From Candidatus Eiseniibacteriota bacterium (GTDB lineage Bacteria; Eisenbacteria; RBG-16-71-46; JABDJR01): a DNA stretch of 64,000 bases. Position 1 is the stretch's first letter, and each line of letters starts with the position of its first letter. The notes under the pieces were generated by a model. It did no database searches and was not told where the DNA came from. It worked only from the letters and a program-made list of their open reading frames with translations. Below, piece after piece: positions 54,904 through 64,000 of this stretch. The translations under genes and the position numbers were made by a program. The stretch covers positions 3,215,573 to 3,279,572 of the forward strand of contig CALOCN010000014.1 of NCBI GenBank assembly GCA_942491735.1, given 5' to 3'.

Positions 54904-56481
54904 TCACCCGGGCAAGTGCCGGGACCACCACCGGCGCGCCTGCTCCCGGGTCCACGCACCCGTGTCGCAGGCTTCCAGTTGCTCCAGCAACTCCCGTGCG
55001 GAGGCGGGGCGGTCTTCCCGAGCCTTTTCCAGGCAGGCCATGACCACCCGCTCCAGGGATGGAGGAACGGTCAACTCGGTGACCTGCGATACCGGGACCG
55101 GGGCGTCCTTCACATGATGCGTGATGACCTCGACCGGTGTCCTGCCCTCGAACACGGGTTGGCCGGTGAGTAACCAGTAGGCAACGCAGCCAAGAGCGTA
55201 GATATCCACGCGTCCGTCCAGGTCCGGATCTCCCAGGGCCTGTTCCGGGGCCATGAAGGCCGGGGTGCCGCCGACGCCGCGGTCCAGGGTCTCGGTGGGT
55301 GCCGAACCGGAACGCCTGTCCGCGCCGCGCCCCTTGACCAATCCGAAGTCCAGAACCTTGACGAAGTCCATCTCTTCGCCGTAACGACAAACGAAGAGGT
55401 TCGCCGGCTTGATGTCCCGGTGGATCAACCCGGCAGCGTGCGCCTCGGAGAGGGAGAGACAAACCTGTTTGAGCAGGAACACCGCCCGAGCCGGCGGCAA
55501 GGGACCAAACCGTTCCACCAGGGATGCGGCGTCCAGTCCATCCAGCAGCTCCATGACATAGTAGAAGGTGCCGTCGGCGGCGGCACCGTAGTCGTAGAGG
55601 CCGATGGTGTGGGGGGATCGCAGGGCGGCCGTGGCCTGGGCTTCGCGTTCGAAGCGCTGCAGCACCACCGCCGGGTCCGCGTCGGCCGATTCGAGGACCT
55701 CGGGGCGTATCACCTTGATCGCCGCGGGACGGGCCAGCAACCGGTGCCGGGCCAGCCACACCTCTCCCATCCCACCCTGGCCAAGGACTCTCTCCAGCTG
55801 GTAACTCCCCAGCTCCCGCGCCTCGACAACCTGCTTACCCAGGCCGTAGACGGTGCGCGCGCCCATCTGGGCAAACAGGACGGCGCACCCCGAGTTCAGG
55901 ATGGAGCTGATGTAGATGTGCGCGTTCACCTCGATGGCGCCCGCCGCCTGGAGACCGGCCAGGGTCAGGGGGGCCATGGCTCCGGCCAGGAGCGAGCTCC
56001 ACAGGAGGCGCCGGGGTGGACCCGGCGTCAGGAGCGGGAAGAGAATGACAATGGCGGGAATCCAGGTGAGCCGCGGAAGCTCCTGGTTCTCCTGCCACTC
56101 GGACCAGTAGGTCACCACGCCGAGGATGAGGCAGAGGGTGACTTCGTAGACCTGGCCCAGGGTGAGCAGGCTGGCCGCCGGCACGCCGGGATTGCGGGCG
56201 CGCCACCAGAGCGCGGCGGAGAGGGCGATGGCGGCGAGGTGGAACCAGACGAACTGGATGCCCTCATGGAAATCGGGGGGCAACTCGCCGTCCAGCACGA
56301 CATTGGCCACCAGGATGAGCAGCATGATGGCCGGGCCCAGGGCGAACCCGATGATCGACAGGATGGCCAGGAGACGAAGCCGGCCCCGTACCTGTTCCAG
56401 AAGGTCCGGCGGGAGATACGAGGGACGGCGCACCGTGGCGGCTCCCGAATCGGGACGCTGCAGGGTGACCGCGTGCTCCAT
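54904..56481 (-). CDS. Ser/Thr protein kinase with N-terminal polytopic membrane domain
   Basis: I chose the internal ATG at 56481. The upstream 591 codons of the track ORF are antisense to icd. About 6-7 TM helices are followed by a Hanks kinase domain: GQGGMGEVWLA, AIKVI, HRDIKPANLFV, DFGLVK, GTPAFMAPE. Confidence 0.85.
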   Translation of the reverse strand: MEHAVTLQRPDSGAATVRRPSYLPPDLLEQVRGRLRLLAILSIIGFALGPAIMLLILVANVVLDGELPPDFHEGIQFVWFHLAAIALSAALWWRARNPGVPAASLLTLGQVYEVTLCLILGVVTYWSEWQENQELPRLTWIPAIVILFPLLTPGPPRRLLWSSLLAGAMAPLTLAGLQAAGAIEVNAHIYISSILNSGCAVLFAQMGARTVYGLGKQVVEARELGSYQLERVLGQGGMGEVWLARHRLLARPAAIKVIRPEVLESADADPAVVLQRFEREAQATAALRSPHTIGLYDYGAAADGTFYYVMELLDGLDAASLVERFGPLPPARAVFLLKQVCLSLSEAHAAGLIHRDIKPANLFVCRYGEEMDFVKVLDFGLVKGRGADRRSGSAPTETLDRGVGGTPAFMAPEQALGDPDLDGRVDIYALGCVAYWLLTGQPVFEGRTPVEVITHHVKDAPVPVSQVTELTVPPSLERVVMACLEKAREDRPASARELLEQLEACDTGAWTREQARRWWSRHLPG

Positions 56482-56697
56482 GGATTGACCGGAAAATCGC
56501 GCCACGTCGCTCTCCTCTCCTGGCAGGAACGACCCATAGTCGCCAACCTTGTCGTTCCCGGCAAGAGGCTTGCCGGGGATCGGAAACCGCCTCTCCTGTA
56601 GCGCGGGCCAGAACCGGCCGAGTTGGGTATAGTTGGAGGCCCTTTGCCGGTCGCCCTCGGGGCGGCCCAGGATCCGCAGACCCTTTGAGGTACCTTC

Positions 56698-58925
<2,228 letters not shown>

Positions 58926-58929
<4 letters not shown>

Positions 58930-59642
58930 AACCCTGGATCCTCCTCGGCGAGGCCAACGTGCCCGGATCGCCACGCCCCCTGCGCCTGTATCGTCGGGAC
59001 ACCGAGTTCTCGATCAAGGCGGGTGGGTTCGAGCTCATGAACAGCCGGCAACACGGCTCCGAGGAGGATCTGGCGGACCTGGGATGTCGGCGACTGGCTT
59101 CCCTGAAGACGCCCAAGGTCCTGATCGGCGGCCTCGGTATGGGGTTCACCCTCGCCGCCGCGCTGCGACGGGTGCCGGAGGGGGCTCGGGTGACGGTGTG
59201 CGAGTTGGTCCCCGAGGTGATCGAGTGGAACCGGGGAGAGTTGGGCGAACTCACCGGGCTTCCCCTGAACGACCCCCGGGTGACCGTCGAACAGCGGGAC
59301 GTCGCCGACCTCATCCACGCACCCGGGGCGCAGTACGACTCCATTCTCCTCGATGTCGACAACGGGCCGGACGCTCTGACCCGGTCCGGGAACGCGCGGC
59401 TCTATGGGGAACCGGGGCTGCTGGTGGCGAAAGAGGTCCTGGGCCCGGTGGGGGTCCTGGCGGTGTGGTCGGTCAGCCCGGACGCGCGTTTCGTGCGACG
59501 GATGCGCCGGGCGGGGTTCTTTGTCGAGGAGCACAAGGTACGCGCCCACCCGGGCCGGGGACGTGCACGAAGAGTCGTCTGGTTGGGAATGAACAAGCGG
59601 GCCGGTTGGAGACGCAAGAAGGCCGACAGCGGCTCCCGCTAG
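58926..59642 (+). CDS. spermidine-synthase-like class I methyltransferase-fold protein
   Basis: The ATG overlaps the icd stop (ATGA). SAM/dcSAM-type motif [11 protein letters not shown], and ILLDVDNGP as in the spermine/spermidine synthase-like family. Confidence 0.65.
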
Positions 59643-62395
59643 GGAGACAACGTCTCAAGGACGCGCGCCCAACCCGGGATCACGTTGACGCTCCGGATCG
59701 GTCCCTCGTTCTCCCCCCGCAGATTCATCAGGATGCGACCATCCGTGGCGACGACCACGTTCACAAACTCGTCCTTCCAGTCCGCGAGCACCACGGGCCG
59801 GGGCAGCGCGGGATCTTCTCCCGCCCCCACCGATACCGAATGGACCTGACGGGAGCTATGAAACCAGACTTCCGGTAGCCCGCCGGATGGGGCCTGATAC
59901 CAGGTTGGCCCTTGGCCCCCATCGGTTGAGAGTCGACGCTCCGGCCCCAGGGCGCCCTGTCCCTTCCAGCGTCGAAGATAGATCTCGACCCGCCCCGAAG
60001 CGTCCGACTCGTAGGCAAGCCAACGGCCATCGGGTGAGATGGCCGGGTTGGCGCCGCCCTCGACCAGGGTCTCCATTGCGGCAACATCGGGGGCTCCCTC
60101 CAGGTCGAACAACTTGAGGGTGGCCCGGTCTCCCTGCCAGCGCGTGACAAGCAGCGTCCTCCCGTCGTCGGCCACGGCGCCGGGGCGATAGATTGCCTCG
60201 GCTTCCGCATCCTCGAACAACAGGGTCGGGGGTTCCGCACCGTCGATGGGTCGGCGGTAGAACCTCGATTCCGACTCGGTCCGGCTCATGTAGACAAGAG
60301 AGGAACCGTCCGGAGACCAAAGGTAAGGCATCTGATCGCGGCTCGGCTCTTCGTGCCACTTCTGGAGGATCGGGCGTTCGGGTTCGGACATCCAGATGTC
60401 ATAGACTCCGTCCTCCCCGGCAATGACCACGGCGAAGCGTCCCCCGACCGGCGCGAGGACCAGGCCCCCCTCCTCCAGGGGGAATCGATCGTCGGACCAG
60501 GGGGCCAACGGGTTGAACTCCCGATCAACCCAGACCAACCGTCGACTGCCCCCCACGTATCCTCCGGCTGCGTACAGCAACGTCCCATCGCCCGAGACCC
60601 CGAACCTCCCGTGATTCCATGACGTCTCGATCCGCAGATCATCGGTCAGCGCGGTGGCCCCCCCGGTGACGGTTAGGCCTTCCGGGTCGAAGGGAACGGC
60701 GAGAATGGAGGAGCCCCGGCTGAAGAGCAGGTGCCCGGTACTCGACCACCGGACGTTGGATCCATTCTCCAGCAGGGACGTTGCCTCACCGGTGACGGCA
60801 CTGACCGCAATGATGTTCTGCGTGTAGCCGCGCTCGCTCCACAGCTCCACGGAGGCCAGGAGATGTTCGCCATCGGGGAGCCTGGAGCCATGACTCGGGT
60901 CGGGCTCGAAACTCTGCTCCAAGGGGACGGTCCCCGTGATGGCAAGCGGCGCGTCCAGCGGCCCTCCATCCGTGGGAATCCGTTGGATTTCCCGACTCAG
61001 GGTGCCCACCACCAGGTCCCCGTCCGGGAGCCAGTGGAGGCCGGCCCACTCCGGGTCCCAGTCCATGAGCTTCAGGAGCGGCGCGCTGCCGTCCACCGGA
61101 ACCTTCCAGAGATAGCGCTTGGTGGAGAGCGGTTCCGACGGAGCGGCGATGACCAGCCACCGGCCGTCCGGGGAAAAGCAGACCTCGGTGGCTCCCCGGG
61201 TGCCGGGAATCAACCGGGACGCGAAGTCATCCAAGGGACGGACGTAGACTCCAAAGAGTTCCTCTTCGGGAGTGGTCGGTCGCCTGGACCGCGCCCAGAA
61301 AACAACGTGCTGTCCATCCGGGGCCAGAAGCTCCCGGCCAACCCTGAGGTCCTCCGGAAAGATGAGGCTGAGCTTTGCCGTGGAATCAGGCGTCCCCCGT
61401 GCAGGGTAACCCGACAGCAGGTTCCAGAGCAACGCGCCGAGAGCACATCCGCTGAGGAGGGCCACGACCAGCAGCCACCGGCCTCCCGACGACCGGGCCG
61501 GGGCAGCCTCGGCGGGGCGCGCTTCCGATGCCTCGCCCCCTCCCCGCAGAACCTCTTCGAGTTCAATGCGCGCGTCTCCCGCGCCCTGCTGACGCTGACC
61601 TACGTCGCGGGTCAAGCAACGCCGAATCAACCGACGCACGGAAGGGGGCGTGTCCGGAGGCAGCCTCTCCCAGTCCGGCTCGCTGGTGAGAATGCGGGCA
61701 ACGCAATCGGAGACGGTCTCCCCGGCAAAGAGCGAATGGCCGGTGAGCATCTCGTAGAGGACCGCGCCAAACGCCCACAGATCCGTCCGACGATCCACCG
61801 GCTTTCCACGGGCCTGCTCCGGGCTCATGTAGGCGGCCGTGCCCAGGATGACCCCCTGCGCCGTGGCGGGCCCGGCCAGGGTGGGCGACTGGGTGAGCAT
61901 GGATGAACTGGACCCCGACTCGGAACCCACCGAGAATGCCAATCCGAAGTCCAGCACCTTCGCCTTGCCCTGGGGCGTCACCATGATGTTGGACGGCTTG
62001 AGATCCCGGTGAACAACGCCCTGATCGTGGGCCGCTTCCAGCGCTCCCGCGACCTGGACGGCAATCTCCAGGGCATCGGTGACCGGCAACGCGTCGCCGG
62101 CGAGTCGGTGGGCGAGGTCCGCCCCCGGGACCAGTTCCATGGCGAGGAAGCGGGTGCCGTCGGCCTCGTGCAGCCCAAAGACCGTGGCCAGACCGGGATG
62201 GTCGAGCCCGGCCAGCAGCATGGCTTCGCGTTCGAACCGGGCCAGGCGCTCCGCGTCCTGGGCGAAGGCCTGGGGTAGTACCTTGATCGCGACATCCCGG
62301 CCCAGGGAGTCGTCGTGGGCCTTCCAGACCTCGCCCATGCCGCCTTCGCCGATCTTCTCGAGGACCGTGTAGTGGGCCAGGGTGCGACCAATCAT
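59639..62395 (-). CDS. Ser/Thr protein kinase with C-terminal TolB-like beta-propeller domain
   Basis: N-terminal Hanks domain: GEGGMGEVWKA, AIKVL, HRDLKPSNIMV, DFGLA, GTAAYMSPEQ. One TM segment (WLLVVALLSGCALGALLW). The C-terminal ~550 aa carry repeated SPDG..L/V.. motifs (FSPDGRWLV, WSPDGSSLVY, ISPDGRWLAY) typical of PD40/WD40-like propellers. Confidence 0.9.
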   Translation of the reverse strand: MIGRTLAHYTVLEKIGEGGMGEVWKAHDDSLGRDVAIKVLPQAFAQDAERLARFEREAMLLAGLDHPGLATVFGLHEADGTRFLAMELVPGADLAHRLAGDALPVTDALEIAVQVAGALEAAHDQGVVHRDLKPSNIMVTPQGKAKVLDFGLAFSVGSESGSSSSMLTQSPTLAGPATAQGVILGTAAYMSPEQARGKPVDRRTDLWAFGAVLYEMLTGHSLFAGETVSDCVARILTSEPDWERLPPDTPPSVRRLIRRCLTRDVGQRQQGAGDARIELEEVLRGGGEASEARPAEAAPARSSGGRWLLVVALLSGCALGALLWNLLSGYPARGTPDSTAKLSLIFPEDLRVGRELLAPDGQHVVFWARSRRPTTPEEELFGVYVRPLDDFASRLIPGTRGATEVCFSPDGRWLVIAAPSEPLSTKRYLWKVPVDGSAPLLKLMDWDPEWAGLHWLPDGDLVVGTLSREIQRIPTDGGPLDAPLAITGTVPLEQSFEPDPSHGSRLPDGEHLLASVELWSERGYTQNIIAVSAVTGEATSLLENGSNVRWSSTGHLLFSRGSSILAVPFDPEGLTVTGGATALTDDLRIETSWNHGRFGVSGDGTLLYAAGGYVGGSRRLVWVDREFNPLAPWSDDRFPLEEGGLVLAPVGGRFAVVIAGEDGVYDIWMSEPERPILQKWHEEPSRDQMPYLWSPDGSSLVYMSRTESESRFYRRPIDGAEPPTLLFEDAEAEAIYRPGAVADDGRTLLVTRWQGDRATLKLFDLEGAPDVAAMETLVEGGANPAISPDGRWLAYESDASGRVEIYLRRWKGQGALGPERRLSTDGGQGPTWYQAPSGGLPEVWFHSSRQVHSVSVGAGEDPALPRPVVLADWKDEFVNVVVATDGRILMNLRGENEGPIRSVNVIPGWARVLETLSP

Positions 62396-62506
62396 GCGCG
62401 TGATGGTACCGCACCTGATCCGTGGGGTCGCCGGAATCCCGCTGGCCCCCGCGTCGGTAGGCGGATCTCATGATCCGGATGGGTTTCGGGGACGGCAATC
62501 GGGCGA

Positions 62507-63403
62507 CTACTGCAGGAACAGGACCTCTCGACCGTAGGAGATCGAGAGGACAGACCCCGCGAGCAGATCCGTGCCCATGAGCAGGCGCGGCTTGTCGACC
62601 AGATCGAAGGCGACAAAGATGTCGGGGCGATCCATGATGGCGACCTGACCCCGATCGCGAAACACCCGGGTCCCCACCCGGAAGGGACCGGTCTCGATTC
62701 CGAACCCGTGTCCGCCGGGAGGTGGGTCGGGGAGTTCGACCCCCATCGCCCGGGCCGTCATGCCGTTGATCCCACTGTGACCGGATCCGGTGTCGATGAG
62801 CGCGGTCATGTCCTGGTCGCCGATGCCCGAGGGTACGAGAATGTGGCCGCCGTACTGGAGGTCCATGGGAACCGGGGTTCCTTCCGCGGGACAGACCGGG
62901 CAGTCATCCTCGTCGGCCCGATCGAAGAGGGTCACGGTCCGGTTGGGAAAGTCGATGCGCACATCGAAGCGGCGAAGGAATGGAATCCCGAGAATGCCGT
63001 CCACGGTAAAGGCGCCCCGAGTGAAGGGGGCAAGATCCTGAACGACGGTGAACAGGTCGTCGCCCTGCCGACCACCGAATTGCACACCGTCCAGGGTGAC
63101 CGCATCCTGGCGGGAACCGCCCTGCTCCCCCATGACGGATACCTTCTCGGTATGGACCGGAAGATCCAGCTCCTGCGCCAGGGTGGGAGTGATCACGCAG
63201 CTCCCCGCTGCCGTATCCAGCACGAACTGACGGGCTGAGCCATCCGCCAGGGTGACCGGGATGAGAATGTGTCCTCGCGGGCTGAGCGTGAACTCGACCG
63301 GCCCGGGCTCGGCGTGGGGACTCGGCGGCGCCAAGGTGATCAGGAGACCGGCGGAAAGGACCGCAGTGAGCGTACGCGCGGGGAATTTCGGCAAGAACTG
63401 CAT
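62507..63403 (-). CDS. secreted single-chain double retropepsin-like aspartic protease
   Basis: ATG preceded by GGAGG. Signal peptide. Two catalytic-type motifs in one chain, LDTAAG (N-lobe) and IDTGSG (C-lobe), each followed by a hydrophobic-Gly (ILGIPFL / LMGTDLL) motif. Confidence 0.75.
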   Translation of the reverse strand: MQFLPKFPARTLTAVLSAGLLITLAPPSPHAEPGPVEFTLSPRGHILIPVTLADGSARQFVLDTAAGSCVITPTLAQELDLPVHTEKVSVMGEQGGSRQDAVTLDGVQFGGRQGDDLFTVVQDLAPFTRGAFTVDGILGIPFLRRFDVRIDFPNRTVTLFDRADEDDCPVCPAEGTPVPMDLQYGGHILVPSGIGDQDMTALIDTGSGHSGINGMTARAMGVELPDPPPGGHGFGIETGPFRVGTRVFRDRGQVAIMDRPDIFVAFDLVDKPRLLMGTDLLAGSVLSISYGREVLFLQ

Positions 63404-63494
63404 CGATGCCTCCGTGGCCCCCGAAGGGAACCCGTTGAAGTACGGAGGAACCCTAGCCCCGAGCCCGAGTGCCGGTCTTGAACGGAGGTAACAT

Positions 63495-64000
63495 CTACCA
63501 GGACAGCCAGGGCGTGGCGAGGTGGTCCGTCACCGCCTTGCGCCACTGCCCGGGCGACGCCCCCATCGCCCGGGAAAAGACCCGGGTAAAGTGGCTCTGG
63601 TCGGAGAATCCACTCTGGGCCGAGATCCATGCGAGATCCAGGTCCGGGTCCGCGAGCAATCGCCAAGCCTGATCCAGTCGGCGTCTTCGGGTGAAGACGC
63701 TGACCGAGCAACCAAAGTACTCGGCGAAGGCGCGGGACAGATGGACACGGTGGACCCCCGCCGACCGGGCCAGGGAGGCCACCGGGATGCTTCCGGGAAG
63801 CTCCGCCGTAATCCGTGCCCGGACCTCCAGGAGCCACGCGGGGGCGGCTTCCGGGAGTTTGCGTCCGGACCGACGGGTCACGGCGAGGAGTTCATCCACC
63901 GCTTCCTCGGCTCGGAGCGGCGGCGGTGACGGCGTTTCCAGGATACTCCCGAGCCTGGTGGCGACCGAGTGTAGATTGGCGAGGCTTCTGAACTCCTCGG
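63495..64000 (-). CDS. AraC-family transcriptional regulator, 5' end outside window
   Basis: C-terminal double HTH: SLARSAGVHRVHLSRAFAEYFG and WISAQSGFSDQSHFTRVFSRAMGASPGQW. The frame stays open upstream of the track start at 63899 to the window edge. Confidence 0.85.
   Translation of the reverse strand, partial: EEFRSLANLHSVATRLGSILETPSPPPLRAEEAVDELLAVTRRSGRKLPEAAPAWLLEVRARITAELPGSIPVASLARSAGVHRVHLSRAFAEYFGCSVSVFTRRRRLDQAWRLLADPDLDLAWISAQSGFSDQSHFTRVFSRAMGASPGQWRKAVTDHLATPWLSW

Noticed and set aside
56521-56545. TGGCAG motif in the kinase/icd intergenic region, considered as a sigma54 promoter
   Set aside because: The downstream TTGC element is not present at the required spacing from the GG.

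Overview
This is a GC-rich, densely coding bacterial chromosomal segment with about 55 protein genes and one tRNA. I recognised no rRNA, CRISPR array, transposase, integrase or phage gene. The GC content fills the six-frame track with long spurious antisense ORFs. I chose real frames from recognisable protein-family motifs, signal peptides, SD-like sequences and start/stop coupling. All family assignments come from memory, with no database search.

Content, left to right:
1. TPR and membrane-TPR genes.
2. A minus-strand operon of two alkaline-phosphatase-superfamily phosphodiesterase lipoproteins. It is headed by the first of three paralogous secreted, Cys-containing proteins whose family I cannot name (6.5-9.0 kb). 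A fourth, unrelated secreted protein with a near-consensus sigma70-type promoter follows, next to tRNA-Val(UAC).
3. A long minus-strand housekeeping cluster: yggS, PNP, ileS, lspA, rluD, a STAS/RsbW-like pair, ruvX, mltG, a DUF3098-like gene and tRNA-Val.
4. Redox and central-metabolism genes: a frameshifted DJ-1-like gene, Fpg/Nei, Ni-SOD with a Sec-type leader, VOC, pirin, a flavodoxin-like protein, GabD-like, FumC and monomeric IDH.
5. Envelope genes: GT-C-like membrane proteins, Tat-TldD plus PmbA, and an alpha/beta hydrolase.
6. A two-gene NAD-type formate dehydrogenase. Its alpha subunit carries an in-frame UGA (selenocysteine) followed by a SECIS-like hairpin, and the ORF track splits it in two.
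7. A B12-radical-SAM gene divergent from a polyprenol-kinase-like gene.
8. Three secreted proteins (beta-helix, endonuclease I, cadherin/PKD adhesin) that share a FlgD-Ig/T9SS-type C-terminal domain.
9. Two Hanks-type kinases, a single-chain double retropepsin-like protease, and a truncated AraC-type regulator at the right edge.

Two genes (DJ-1-like and miaA) are each interrupted by a single frameshift. I found no known defence or mobile system. The most unusual element is the tandem secreted-protein family at 6.5-9.0 kb with its neighbours. Its novelty is my inference and needs a database check.
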